In this document: positions 9,667 through 20,229 of the stretch, one piece after another
Layout: every line of letters starts with the position of its first letter
Numbering within the stretch: position 1 is the stretch's first letter
From: Candidatus Poseidoniales archaeon
Lineage (GTDB): Archaea > Thermoplasmatota > Poseidoniia > Poseidoniales > Poseidoniaceae
DNA length: 59,903 nucleotides
NCBI GenBank assembly: GCA_003602575.1
Contig: QQRY01000021.1
Coordinates: forward strand, 1-59,903
Direction: 5' to 3'
Position numbers and translations under genes: made by a program
The notes under the pieces: generated by a model
Databases searched by the model: none
Told to the model about the DNA's origin: nothing
Seen by the model: only the letters and a program-made list of their open reading frames with translations

Positions 9667-10692
9667 ATGGAAGTTTGGCTAGATTATCGCCATTCGAATA
9701 ATTCCGAATCAATTTATGATTATAAATTCGATAAAATTATTTGTCAAACCCCAATTGAAAAGATGGTGACATTATCTTATTCTGAAAATTCTCTATGTTT
9801 AAAAGAAAAAATAATCGGCACTAAGGTCATGATTTCAGATTTAGATAGTCAAATAAATGCTAAGAAATTTGTTGGAAGCGTATCTTGGATTGTCCTAGAA
9901 TTTGAAGATTGGTCGATGATTCCAATAGAGAATTTAATCGCTGCATCTCAAGGAACCCCTACCAAGATCGCTGCAAAGATTAGAACTCCAGAAGAAGCCC
10001 AAGGCGCAGGGTTTGCATTAGAAACTGGAGTTGATGCATTGATTGTTGAAAACGATAAACATATGATTGATGCCGCATTTATTATCAAATCACAAAGGGG
10101 AGAAAAAGAAGACTTAGAAATAGTAGATACACTAGAATCTGATAGCATCAACATTTCCAATCTTGAGGTAAAATCGATAGAAGAGGGTGGTGTTGGTGAA
10201 AGATACTGTATCGATTTAACATCACTACTTTCGGTTGGAGAAGGTATGTTGATTGGTTCTTCGGCATCTAGTTTAGCTCTGGTGCATGGAGAAACTATAG
10301 ATTCTGAATTTGTCCCTCAAAGACCATTTAGAGTTAATGCTGGCCCTCCACACTCATATGTGATGATGGCAGATAGAACAACAAAATATATCTCTGAACT
10401 AAAATCAAATGATTCCGTACTAATTTCAAACCTAAATGGAGATACAAGAATTGCAAGAATAGGGCGTCTAAAGATAGAAAAAAGGCCTTTTTTAACGATT
10501 TATTGGGATAATCTTTTTCATAAACCGTCTTCTATATTCTTACAACAGGCGGAGACTGTGCGGTTGATTAATGCATCTGGAAAATCAATTTCTGTAACCT
10601 CTTTGAAAGTAGGAGACACAATTATTGGATGGAATGGAGAAGGCTCTAGACATATCGGAGAATCAATTAGTAGCATGGTAGATGAAAGGTGA
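9667..10692 (+). CDS. aroB': 3-dehydroquinate synthase II
   Basis: DWSMIPIENLIA, GERYCIDL, RPFRVNAG, LQQAETVRL motifs. Confidence 0.92.
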   Translation: MEVWLDYRHSNNSESIYDYKFDKIICQTPIEKMVTLSYSENSLCLKEKIIGTKVMISDLDSQINAKKFVGSVSWIVLEFEDWSMIPIENLIAASQGTPTKIAAKIRTPEEAQGAGFALETGVDALIVENDKHMIDAAFIIKSQRGEKEDLEIVDTLESDSINISNLEVKSIEEGGVGERYCIDLTSLLSVGEGMLIGSSASSLALVHGETIDSEFVPQRPFRVNAGPPHSYVMMADRTTKYISELKSNDSVLISNLNGDTRIARIGRLKIEKRPFLTIYWDNLFHKPSSIFLQQAETVRLINASGKSISVTSLKVGDTIIGWNGEGSRHIGESISSMVDER

Positions 10693-10696
10693 TTTG

Positions 10697-11596
10697 ATGG
10701 CAATTATCGGCAGTGGACAAGCTCATGGAGCGTGTAGTTTACTTCATGCTGCCGGAACTGGATACGGTTCAAGTATTGCTTTAGACATACCTGTTGCGGT
10801 TCGTTTATTGGATAAACCAAGTAAAAGAGAACTTAATGATCCAGATGGACTTCTTGATTCCGTGATTAAAATTTGGTTGGCAAATGGATATGAATTACCT
10901 AATGGATTAAAGCAGGAAGATTTATTTTGGGCAGTAGCATCAAAAATCCCTCCAAGACAAGGCTTGAAATCAAGTGCTGCTGTCTCAATCGCTGCACTAA
11001 GAAGTCTATGTGATGCAACTGGGACAGATTTAGAGACACATAGATTAGTCGAGTTAAGTGCTCAATCTCAATTTGATGCGGGGGTTTCTCTAACTGGTTC
11101 AATCGATGATGCTTGGGCATGTGCTACAGAAGGATGGAAGTTGATTGACGTAAATGCTGAATCGATTGAAGATGGAGTCATAATGGAGGGCAGGGGTCCT
11201 GAAAGTGATGATTGGCTAGTACTAATTATTTCCCGAGATGAGCGAATCAAGTCTCCAAAGTTAGAAGATTTCCAACCATATTTTAGTGACTTTCAACAGG
11301 CTTTAAGCGCAATACAAGAAGGAGATTTACTAAATGCAATCACTTGGAATGGTCGCGCTATGAGTGGAGTTTTAGATGATTATGATGGAAGAAGAATTTC
11401 TAACGATGCTTTCGTCAATGGAGCGAGAGCAGCTGGAATTAGTGGCTCGGGTCCAGCAGTGGTAATTCTTTCACCATCTATTACGCCACAAACTATTACT
11501 CGAATGAAGAGGATTCTCAAAGGAAAGGGCAAAGAATCTAACATAATTGAAGCTAAATTCTTAAATTCACAAGGCGAAGATGTAGATTCTGACTGA
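10697..11596 (+). CDS. aroK: archaeal GHMP-type shikimate kinase
   Basis: PPRQGLKSSAA GHMP motif, GVSLTGSIDDAWA, GISGSGPA; AGGTGA RBS upstream of ATG 10697. Confidence 0.88.
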   Translation: MAIIGSGQAHGACSLLHAAGTGYGSSIALDIPVAVRLLDKPSKRELNDPDGLLDSVIKIWLANGYELPNGLKQEDLFWAVASKIPPRQGLKSSAAVSIAALRSLCDATGTDLETHRLVELSAQSQFDAGVSLTGSIDDAWACATEGWKLIDVNAESIEDGVIMEGRGPESDDWLVLIISRDERIKSPKLEDFQPYFSDFQQALSAIQEGDLLNAITWNGRAMSGVLDDYDGRRISNDAFVNGARAAGISGSGPAVVILSPSITPQTITRMKRILKGKGKESNIIEAKFLNSQGEDVDSD

Positions 11597-11642
11597 TTTG
11601 CACAACTTCATCAATGAATAGCGCTTGGGATGTTTGAGTCAC

Positions 11643-12725
11643 ATGCAGATGACATTGGGTCAGCACCTACAATTGACTCTGTTTGGAACTAGTCACGGAC
11701 CTCTCGTGGGCGCTTATCTCCAAGGCGTCCCTAAGGGAATCGTCATCGACAGAAATAAAATTCAACAAGCGATGGATATGAGGAAACCTGGAGGAAAATT
11801 TGCCAGTAAAAGAAAGGAACCTGATAATGTTGAATTATTATCTGGAATCATAGACGAATGTACAAATGGAGAAAAAATTGAGATTTCAATAAAAAATAAA
11901 GATGCTCGTTCTTCTGACTATTCATTTATTCCTAACCACCCTAGACCTGGCCACCAAGATATGGTCATGCTAAAGAGAACTGATGGTAAAGCAGACCTTA
12001 GAGGGGGCGGTACATCCAGTGCTAGATTAACTGCTCCAATTGTAGCAGCAGCAGCAATAATCGATCCTATCTTGGAAAAATTAGGTATTGGTATGGAAGC
12101 CCATGTTAGCGCTATTGGAAATATTGAGTCTAGGCCGATTAATGAATGTCCACCAAAATGGGAAAACGATAGCTGTCTTCAAATCCGATGTCGTGACCCT
12201 GAAGTCGCTGACTCTATGATTGAATTAATTCACAGTCAAAGAAAGAATTTAGATTCGATTGGTAGTAGAGTCGAACTTTGTATATCTGGACTACCTTTGG
12301 GCCTAGGCGAACCATGGTTTGATGGAATCGAACCTGCATTATCTAGGGCAATGATGTCAATTCCAGCCGCAAGAGGAGTATCATTTGGACACGGTTTTGA
12401 GGTTGTAAAAATGAGTGGTAGTGAACACAATAGCGCATGGGGAGGGACAAATAATAATCCACACTTGGAAGGCGAAAAGCCAGATGGTGCACTAGCCGGT
12501 CTTGCCACTGGATCTGATTTATTATGTTCTGTTGCATTTAAGCCCCCATCGAGCATAGCAAAAGCGCAATTAACACTGAATCTAGAAACTAATGAAAAAG
12601 AAAGTCTTGTTGTTAAAGGCCGCCATGACCCCGTTTTAGGTCCTAGGGCTGTTTCTGTTGTTGAGGCGATGGCCAAATTGATAATTTGTGATTTACTAAT
12701 TAGAGGGGGGTTTGTCAATGAATAA
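11643..12725 (+). CDS. aroC: chorismate synthase
   Basis: FGTSHG, PRPGHQD, RGGGTSSARLTA, FKPPSSI and GRHDP motifs. Confidence 0.95.
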   Translation: MQMTLGQHLQLTLFGTSHGPLVGAYLQGVPKGIVIDRNKIQQAMDMRKPGGKFASKRKEPDNVELLSGIIDECTNGEKIEISIKNKDARSSDYSFIPNHPRPGHQDMVMLKRTDGKADLRGGGTSSARLTAPIVAAAAIIDPILEKLGIGMEAHVSAIGNIESRPINECPPKWENDSCLQIRCRDPEVADSMIELIHSQRKNLDSIGSRVELCISGLPLGLGEPWFDGIEPALSRAMMSIPAARGVSFGHGFEVVKMSGSEHNSAWGGTNNNPHLEGEKPDGALAGLATGSDLLCSVAFKPPSSIAKAQLTLNLETNEKESLVVKGRHDPVLGPRAVSVVEAMAKLIICDLLIRGGFVNE

Positions 12726-14043
12726 TTCCACCATAGTTCACAAATTTGGAGGCTCATGTCTAAGGGATAATGCTGACTTAGAGCAAATATCTAACATAAT
12801 TAGGAACTTTCCCGGAAATCCTGTAATTGTAGTATCTGCATTATGGGGTACAACTGATCGATTAATGCGAGCATCAAATGAACCAAAATATGCTACAAGA
12901 CTTGTTGATGACTTGAGAAGACAACATATCCGATTTGCACCTAATATCATTGACTCTGAGTTTGGTGAAATGTTTGAATCTGTACTAAACGGTATAGAAA
13001 AATCACTTTCTGAGATCTCAAAAAAACTAGACCAACATTATCACACAAATACTCTACTAGCTGCAGGAGAAAGGCTATCTGCACTGGTAGTTTCATATCA
13101 CTTGAGGCAATCTGGAATTGATGCCCATCCAGTTGGTTCAGAAGACATTGGACTTCATCTAGATGGAATAGGACATGCACAATCGGTCGATATTGAATAC
13201 TCTAGTAAAAACCTAGATTATCAATCTCTTAGTGGGATACCGGTAATAACTGGATGGTTTGGGGAAGGTAAAGATGGAGAAATCGCTCTACTTAGTCGAG
13301 GTGGTAGTGATCACTCAGCAACTGCAATTGCAAGATTATTAGATTCTCAAAAAGTCATACTATGGAAAGATATTGAAGGGGTTTTAGCAATTAATCCAAG
13401 ATGGGGAATTGAAACAAAGGCGATTTCTTATCTTGGTTATGAAGAGGCAAAAGAGCTGACTAGAATGGATGCTCCAATCATTCATCCCTCAACAATGGAA
13501 CCAATTCAAGAACTTGGAATTCCAATTGAAATCCGTCATCTATATCAAAATGAAAGTGGCTATGCGCCGACTACTATTGGGCCTGATATTGTTCAAGGAA
13601 ACGAGATTAAGGCTATTGGATGTTTGAGAAGCGTTTCGAGAATAGAAATTAAGACTGATAAAGTTGTAGATTCTAGTAAGGTTTTGGGAGAATTACTAAT
13701 TCTTCTAAATAATCATAATATTACCTGCTGGTCATTGAATTATTTACCTGGGAAGATTGATATTGTCATTTCACAGAATGATTTCAATGCAGCTGAAGCC
13801 ATCATTTCCTCCATGTTTTCAAACATTGATGTTGATGATTTCCCGGCGTTAATATCATTGATAGGGAATTTAAAACTAGAAAAATTCAAGTCTCAACTAG
13901 ATTCAGTAGAATCTTTAGAAAAATACGTTTCTATTCTATCACAAACCCCTCGTTCTATACAATTACTATGTGTTAACGAAAACATATCGCAAGTACTAGG
14001 ACAACTATCAAAACTAGTTGAATCAAGAAAGATAAGATTATGA
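12718..14043 (+). CDS. aspartate kinase with C-terminal ACT-like region
   Basis: VHKFGGS, VVSALWGTTD, GERLSA, LSRGGSDHSA motifs. Confidence 0.85.
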   Translation: MNNSTIVHKFGGSCLRDNADLEQISNIIRNFPGNPVIVVSALWGTTDRLMRASNEPKYATRLVDDLRRQHIRFAPNIIDSEFGEMFESVLNGIEKSLSEISKKLDQHYHTNTLLAAGERLSALVVSYHLRQSGIDAHPVGSEDIGLHLDGIGHAQSVDIEYSSKNLDYQSLSGIPVITGWFGEGKDGEIALLSRGGSDHSATAIARLLDSQKVILWKDIEGVLAINPRWGIETKAISYLGYEEAKELTRMDAPIIHPSTMEPIQELGIPIEIRHLYQNESGYAPTTIGPDIVQGNEIKAIGCLRSVSRIEIKTDKVVDSSKVLGELLILLNNHNITCWSLNYLPGKIDIVISQNDFNAAEAIISSMFSNIDVDDFPALISLIGNLKLEKFKSQLDSVESLEKYVSILSQTPRSIQLLCVNENISQVLGQLSKLVESRKIRL

Positions 14044-14044
14044 T

Positions 14045-14968
14045 CTAATCTGCTCTCTTTTCACGGAATCTTTGAAGGTGGTTTGGAAGATTTAATGCAA
14101 ATAGTCCGCCTACAACACAGAATACAAAGAATGTACCCAAAGCAACACCATAGACCGAAATAAGTTCTACTGACTCTTCCATTCTTAAGGCTGTATCAGA
14201 TGAGAAAATACCTACAATTAGTGGTAGTATTGTATTTGCTGAAAGTACTATAATTGCTAGTATTCCAGCAACAATTGGATTGATTATTAATGAACGGTGA
14301 TACTTACCAACTATTTTCTTAGGATTCATTACGTATACTTCATTGGTCCTAATACTTGTATCAAGCATAGAATATCTAATTACACCATTTGCCAATTCAA
14401 AGTACATTACCAATAATACAGCATAAACTACAACCAATATATTGAGCATGGTAGCGCTATCTTGTAATCCAAATGGATCACTAGCCAAGGAAACCTTTGA
14501 TGCTGCAAATCTTAGAATTGCTAATATGAATAATAAATTACTGACAAGTGTATATCTCCCATCTCTTTGGAATGTTCCCCAAAAACCTGTTCCTGCTGCA
14601 ACTGAAATAATTAAAATTTGCATAATGAATGCAATGGCAAGGTTTCCTGTAACCATAAACCAAATTGTACCTTCTGGAGGAGAAACCATGTATGTCATTA
14701 ACGAAAGTGCGACTAGAACACCATAAACTGCTAATTGTAGATTCTGCACCATTCTATCTGGTGCGAGGAATTTCATTTTAGTGACTAATGGTCCGCCCAG
14801 TAAACTTTCAACAAAACTAGGAATTTCTACCTTAGGTATTGCGTCTTTTGGAATATCTGTTCCTCCACCTGCTTGGCCAGCAAGTTTCTTTCTTGATGGC
14901 GCAGATGAACGAACTGTCTTCCCGTCGTAAAGGTGTTTTGTATCTCCGGATGGCCTATTCATAGTCAT
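14045..14968 (-). CDS. multi-pass membrane protein of the MoxR operon
   Basis: About 6 hydrophobic segments; AGGTGA RBS; downstream of the DUF58 gene. Confidence 0.6.
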   Translation of the reverse strand: MTMNRPSGDTKHLYDGKTVRSSAPSRKKLAGQAGGGTDIPKDAIPKVEIPSFVESLLGGPLVTKMKFLAPDRMVQNLQLAVYGVLVALSLMTYMVSPPEGTIWFMVTGNLAIAFIMQILIISVAAGTGFWGTFQRDGRYTLVSNLLFILAILRFAASKVSLASDPFGLQDSATMLNILVVVYAVLLVMYFELANGVIRYSMLDTSIRTNEVYVMNPKKIVGKYHRSLIINPIVAGILAIIVLSANTILPLIVGIFSSDTALRMEESVELISVYGVALGTFFVFCVVGGLFALNLPNHLQRFREKRAD

Positions 14969-14979
14969 ACATAATCACC

Positions 14980-16293
14980 TCAAAATCCTCTTGCTCCTGC
15001 AAGGGCTGTAGATAGAAGCATATCAGGTTCCCAATCCATGATGTTTACTCCAAGACCTCGGAGTTCACCAATCAAAACATCTCTTTCAGTTTTCATTACT
15101 TCATATCCAGTTCTATCGATTCTCTTGGCGTCAAATTCAAATTCCAATGAAGATGGTGAAAGAACTGTTACGTCAAAGTTTCTTGCTCTAAAGTCTCTCA
15201 GAGCATTTACAATAGTAGGATCATCTTCAAGATTGGATAAGAATATTATCGGACTACCTTTATTGATGTGTGGAAGAATCCTATTTACTACAACTTGAAG
15301 TGGTATATTTCCTCTAGCCACTGCTCCGGCTAACTTGGTCAAAATAACATATAACTGCTTCTTTCCAGTATCTCTGTCAACACTCACAACTTCATCACCA
15401 TAAACTACAACTCCTACGGAGTCGCGGCGACCTAGGAAAAACTTAGCCAGTGAGGCAGCTGCTCTAGTTGAGTAAACCAATGCATTTCTAGAAACAGGAC
15501 CAGTTTCAGCAACTGCTCTTGAATCTACAATAATTATTACATCAGAAACTGCGTCTCTCTCTCTTTCATTTACCATTAGTTTACCGGATCTAGCATAAGC
15601 AGCCCAGTTGATTGCTCTAAAAGAGTCGCCATCAAAATACTCCCTAAGAGAATAAAATTCCGAACCTGGACCGGGTTGACGGATGTTAACCGCACCGGTA
15701 AAGATCTTAGGAACTCTTGACTTGACAAAGGTTTCTTTCAAATCTTCCATCTTAGGGAAAACAAGGAAATCGTCGTAGACATGCATTTCTTTTTCCTTGT
15801 GAAATAAACCGAATGGGTCTTGAATTCTAACAGCAACAGGACCTATACTGTAAAATCCTCTAAGAGGACATTCTAATGTATATTCAATGAATGTCTCTCT
15901 TCTAGGTCCAAGTTCCATCAAAATATAGTTCGAACCTTCTTTGATTCTCATAACTTCTGGAACTCTGTCTTTAACTTCTAAGATTTTAGGTAATGGAGAT
16001 TCGTTCTGCATTCTCAATGTGACATTGAGTTCACCGTCTTCAAACAGCCTAGCACTGGATAGTTTTCTCATGGCTGAAACACTGCTCAATGCAAGTCCTT
16101 CTTCACCACTCCATTCTTCAGCACGACGACCAGATGATGCTACATCAGCATGACCGCCAAATAGCGCAGCCCATGTTAAGAATACGAATACAACTACTGC
16201 AATTGTTACCAATTGTTCGTTACGTAGAGTAAGCCCAAGCAAATACATTGCCACGGCTAAACTACCCAACATCGCTGATTTACGACTCCACAT
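14980..16293 (-). CDS. DUF58 (VWA-like) MoxR-associated protein
   Basis: IQDPFGLF, EFYSLREYFDGDSFRAINWAAYAR motifs. Confidence 0.88.
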   Translation of the reverse strand: MWSRKSAMLGSLAVAMYLLGLTLRNEQLVTIAVVVFVFLTWAALFGGHADVASSGRRAEEWSGEEGLALSSVSAMRKLSSARLFEDGELNVTLRMQNESPLPKILEVKDRVPEVMRIKEGSNYILMELGPRRETFIEYTLECPLRGFYSIGPVAVRIQDPFGLFHKEKEMHVYDDFLVFPKMEDLKETFVKSRVPKIFTGAVNIRQPGPGSEFYSLREYFDGDSFRAINWAAYARSGKLMVNERERDAVSDVIIIVDSRAVAETGPVSRNALVYSTRAAASLAKFFLGRRDSVGVVVYGDEVVSVDRDTGKKQLYVILTKLAGAVARGNIPLQVVVNRILPHINKGSPIIFLSNLEDDPTIVNALRDFRARNFDVTVLSPSSLEFEFDAKRIDRTGYEVMKTERDVLIGELRGLGVNIMDWEPDMLLSTALAGARGF

Positions 16294-16317
16294 AGGCTAA
16301 AACTCCTGAAATTAATT

Positions 16318-17472
16318 TCAAACTGTTGGAACTGGTACTTCACGGAGAATTGTTTGAATTACTTCTCCTTGTTCTAATCCCTTGATTTGATGTTCTGGCT
16401 TCAGAATGATTCTGTGAGCTAATGCTAATTCTGCAATTTGCTTGACATCATCAGGTGTGACGAAATCACGGCCTCTAAGAGCTGCTGCTGCACGAGCTGT
16501 CTTTAGTAGAGCTTGTGAACCACGAGGAGAAGAACCGACTAGAACTCGAGGATCTTCTCTTGTCCTAGATACTACTTCTACCATGTACATTCTAATTGCT
16601 GGATCAACATATACATCTTCACAGGCTTGTTGCATTGCAATAACTCTCTGTGGGTCAGTAATAACATCGACATCGACAGCGTCTTTTCCACGAGAAATAC
16701 GACGGGATAGAATCTCATCTTCATCTGCTCTGTCCGGATATCCTACAGACATCTTGAACATAAATCGGTCAAGTTGCGCTTCAGGAAGTGGATAAGTACC
16801 TTCTTGCTCGACAGGATTTTGTGTTGCCATAACAATAAATGGTGCTGGTAATTTATGTGTAACAGTACCAATTGTAACTTGCTTCTCTTGCATAGCCTCA
16901 AGCAAAGCCGCTTGAGTCTTTGGCGGAGCACGGTTTATCTCGTCAGCTAGAAGTAGGTTACAGAACAGAGGTCCTGGCTTGAAAGTAAATTCTCCTTTCT
17001 TAGCATCATAGATGTTTGTACCTGTGATATCAGCCGGTAGCAAGTCAGGCGTAAATTGTACACGCTTGAAATCACAACCGAGTGCATCGGCAAAGGTGTT
17101 GGTCATCAGAGTCTTAGCCAATCCCGGATAATCTTCGAACAGAAGATTACCACCGGAAAGGATGTTAATCAACACGTTTTCAATAACGTGAACCTTACCG
17201 ATAATTACCTTTTGGACTTCGGCGCTAATTGCTTGAGCAATAGCTCCTACGGCCGAAAGACGTTCTCGGACTTCAGGTGTACTCTGGTGCTTCGGCTGGG
17301 CCGGAGCGGCCGGTGCTACAGGTGCTGCTGGCATTGGTGCTGCAGGTGCAGCAGGCATTGGTGCTGCTGGCATTGGTGCTGCTGGCATTGGTGCTGCTGG
17401 TGCTGCTGGCATTGGTGGTGCTGGCATTCCTGGTTGCGCTGGCGCGGGCTGGGGTGGGGGGGCTGGTTGCAT
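16318..17472 (-). CDS. moxR: MoxR-family AAA+ ATPase with Pro/Ala-rich N-terminus
   Basis: EDYPGLAKT, RVQFTPDLLPADITG, LADEINRAPPKTQAALLEAMQE, GTYPLPEAQLDRF. Confidence 0.93.
   Translation of the reverse strand: MQPAPPPQPAPAQPGMPAPPMPAAPAAPMPAAPMPAAPMPAAPAAPMPAAPVAPAAPAQPKHQSTPEVRERLSAVGAIAQAISAEVQKVIIGKVHVIENVLINILSGGNLLFEDYPGLAKTLMTNTFADALGCDFKRVQFTPDLLPADITGTNIYDAKKGEFTFKPGPLFCNLLLADEINRAPPKTQAALLEAMQEKQVTIGTVTHKLPAPFIVMATQNPVEQEGTYPLPEAQLDRFMFKMSVGYPDRADEDEILSRRISRGKDAVDVDVITDPQRVIAMQQACEDVYVDPAIRMYMVEVVSRTREDPRVLVGSSPRGSQALLKTARAAAALRGRDFVTPDDVKQIAELALAHRIILKPEHQIKGLEQGEVIQTILREVPVPTV
17320..17430 (-). repeat. imperfect 15-bp coding tandem repeat encoding (PMPAA)n
   Basis: GGCATTGGTGCTGCT units repeated about 5-6 times. 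Confidence 0.85.
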
Positions 17473-17493
17473 GTCTTTTTCCTCCTATTTTTT

Positions 17494-19086
17494 TCAATTA
17501 CCCCAACGCCGAATCTGTGGGATTATTTCCCTCAATTCTTCGTTGGAGTAGGAACGGTTCGAACTAATTAGTTCGACAAGTCGCGGATCTCGCACCATGT
17601 GCATAATTTCCGCAGGGGTTTTTCTAACAAATTCATCTCTTGTCAAGTCATTAAACTGACGGACTTTTGACAAAAATGCCTCTTTTACTCTAAGTTGATA
17701 CTGAGAAGCATCAATTTTCTTAGGTCTTTCTCTAAAGCGAGTTAAATCAAATACATGTCGCCAGTTTTCTTTCTCTGGGACAACCATAATTGCAATAGCT
17801 AGTAATGCGAATAGATTTAGAATAATCAGCCATTTTAGTACATTATCACTTGTCAGTAAAACTATAGCTCCAATGGCTTCGGTAAAAGGAGATGATAGAG
17901 CACTTGATACGTGTCTACTCTCATCAAATACTAAGTTAAATTCTGAAGGGAATCTAGTCACTGTTGTGGAGATTTCTTTGTTATCAAATTCCATCATATC
18001 ATAAATCAAAGCCGAAAAATATTGACTGTTTCCTCTCCAAGTTGTATCTCCGTATGCAGAAGATAGGCCATCGGATGAATCCCAGCATGAATGGGATTCA
18101 TCTAACTTGTTAGAAGAGTAATATTGAGAAGTACATTGTTGCTTACCTGTTTCGGCGCCCAACTGCTCATCCCAAAGGTGATTCGCTAAAACCGAATGAT
18201 CAGAAACAAAAACGATTGAACCTGTGACATCGACTTTACCATAATCATTGTTTGGTTGCTCATCTAAGACATCTTCAACTGGATAATCAATTCGGATAAT
18301 CAAGCCAGTTTTTCCTTCACCAAGTACTGGATTATTTCGATTATTGACGTCCATGTCATACCTTGCAACGAATGCCGGTGTTGAAGCATGTGCTAGAACC
18401 ATAACCTCTCTTTCTTCATCAACATCCTCATCTAATACTTGAATTGCTGTTGCTCTATGGAATAAAACCGGCATCCTACAATCTTCGACTTGAGAATTAG
18501 CAATATTGTTTTCAGAACAAGGAATCGACCTTTCGTCACCCATAGTAGTTACATCTCTATTGATACTTGCTGCTGCCCATAGCTTTCTTTGGTCGGGCAT
18601 TAGGATTTCACCATTCTCATCTGTTACTTCGTAATACTGGAAAGGATCGACTACCGGTGCATCGAAATACTTGACACCAAACTCTGATGCAACTAATTGA
18701 GCATTTGTTGAATTAGCAGCCAAAATGACTTTTCCGCCTTTATTGGTTACGAAATCAAAGATTGCGGATGCTTCGGCAGCATCGAAAGGTTTCTCAGGTG
18801 CAGCGATGACCAGCATTGTCCTATGTGGGTCTTTCCAATCATTAACCAACATAGGAGTGGACATTGTATTAGCAATAGAATATCCTTCTCCCTCTGAACC
18901 GAGAGTACTTCTCATCTCTGTAAGTTGTAAATTAGATAATTCCAATCCTTCTTCATAGGGAGAGAAAACAGTTTCTTTGTTTAAACTGACGAGGCTGATG
19001 ACAATTACGGATAATAACAGGGATGATACAAAACCAACTTTCAGCCATGTTTCAAGACTGATTTTGGTTTTTGTTTCCTCTGCCAT
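17494..19086 (-). CDS. DUF4350-like membrane/exported protein of the MoxR operon
   Basis: N-terminal TM, FDFVTNKGGKVILAA, IVFVSDHSVLAN, LVFDESRH, C-terminal TM. Confidence 0.65.
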   Translation of the reverse strand: MAEETKTKISLETWLKVGFVSSLLLSVIVISLVSLNKETVFSPYEEGLELSNLQLTEMRSTLGSEGEGYSIANTMSTPMLVNDWKDPHRTMLVIAAPEKPFDAAEASAIFDFVTNKGGKVILAANSTNAQLVASEFGVKYFDAPVVDPFQYYEVTDENGEILMPDQRKLWAAASINRDVTTMGDERSIPCSENNIANSQVEDCRMPVLFHRATAIQVLDEDVDEEREVMVLAHASTPAFVARYDMDVNNRNNPVLGEGKTGLIIRIDYPVEDVLDEQPNNDYGKVDVTGSIVFVSDHSVLANHLWDEQLGAETGKQQCTSQYYSSNKLDESHSCWDSSDGLSSAYGDTTWRGNSQYFSALIYDMMEFDNKEISTTVTRFPSEFNLVFDESRHVSSALSSPFTEAIGAIVLLTSDNVLKWLIILNLFALLAIAIMVVPEKENWRHVFDLTRFRERPKKIDASQYQLRVKEAFLSKVRQFNDLTRDEFVRKTPAEIMHMVRDPRLVELISSNRSYSNEELREIIPQIRRWGN

Positions 19087-19269
19087 AACCAATCCCTTCC
19101 CTAACTATGCGCTAACAAGACACACCAATAAACGGCGGAACTTCTCTCCACTCATAATGCTTGTCCATCAATGAGTAAACCAATACAACGCTTTTTAAGA
19201 CAAGAGGTGCAAATTTTACTTACTAAAATGTGTGAAAAAATACATTAAAATTTACGAAAATAACAATTA

Positions 19270-20220
19270 TTACCGTCGGCGTAATAAAATAATATTGACT
19301 GCAAATAAAACTAAAATAATCTCTACAAAAGATAAGAACGGGAGCGAACTAGCCTCAGTTAATTCTGTAGAATCATCATCTGATTGTGAATCTTGATTAT
19401 TATTCTGACTTGAATCTTCAACCGTACTATCAACCGCAGTAACCTCTATTTCAATAATCACACTAGATGTACGTTGGTTTCCTGAAGAATCAATCGAAAG
19501 AGTCACTTCACATGCTCTATCAGGGTGAGCTGTCGATGCGGTGATTTTCAATTTTGCTTGAAAGTTTTGACCTACTGAAATAACTTGACCATCCAACTCA
19601 TCAAATCCTTCAACATCTAGATGCGGACATGACCTGATGCTCACCATTGGATTATCTACTGCATCATCTGAATTACCCATATTCTCAATATTGAAGTCAT
19701 ATTCAATAAATGAGCCCGCGAATAATTTCTCCCCTCTACTAGTTGCACTTGGAACTAAATCAAATACTTCAGGAACTGCAATATCAGCTTCGATATTCTG
19801 ATTGCTAGTGCTTTGCTCGAAAGACATTTCATCAGCAGTTACTGAAATAGTCATACTACTGTTAGGAGACCTTTCATAGACATATCCATTTTCATTTTTC
19901 AACATAATACTTATCGATTCATTAGTTGAACCACTAACAGTAAGGCTTTCGGGATAATCCAAATCTATAGGGATATCACTGGAGTCCCACTCGATTGTTA
20001 ACTCAATATTAAGATCTGACATTCTTTGATTGTCTATGAAAATTATCAGTTCATCGTCTATATCGTCACCATTACTTAATTCAAGAGTATATGTGCCATC
20101 CATATCCTCATCCCAACCTAACTCCCATGAAGGCATCTGTAATTGATCTTGGGCTAGGGTATTAGACATGGTCAAAGGTAATAATAAAAGAAGAAGAATC
20201 AACCAAATTTTTTGTTTCAT
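19270..20220 (-). CDS. secreted acidic Ig-like/CARDB-like surface protein with C-terminal sorting signal
   Basis: Signal peptide; FNIENMGNSDD; Ser/Asp/Asn linker; LPFLSF + TM + RRR tail. Confidence 0.65.
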   Translation of the reverse strand: MKQKIWLILLLLLLPLTMSNTLAQDQLQMPSWELGWDEDMDGTYTLELSNGDDIDDELIIFIDNQRMSDLNIELTIEWDSSDIPIDLDYPESLTVSGSTNESISIMLKNENGYVYERSPNSSMTISVTADEMSFEQSTSNQNIEADIAVPEVFDLVPSATSRGEKLFAGSFIEYDFNIENMGNSDDAVDNPMVSIRSCPHLDVEGFDELDGQVISVGQNFQAKLKITASTAHPDRACEVTLSIDSSGNQRTSSVIIEIEVTAVDSTVEDSSQNNNQDSQSDDDSTELTEASSLPFLSFVEIILVLFAVNIILLRRR

Positions 20221-20229
20221 AATATCACC

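Noticed and set aside
12236-12757. Antisense ORFs of 100-190 aa (here and e.g. 41491-42060, 51161-51628, 58490-58942)
   Set aside because: They lie wholly or largely opposite well-supported genes and have no recognisable motifs
17320-17430. Possible CRISPR array
   Set aside because: Contiguous 15-bp coding repeats with no spacers and no cas genes
17056-17571. Cys/Trp/His-repeat ORF and Leu/Val-rich ORFs on alternative frames
   Set aside because: Shadow translations of the PMPAA repeat in moxR
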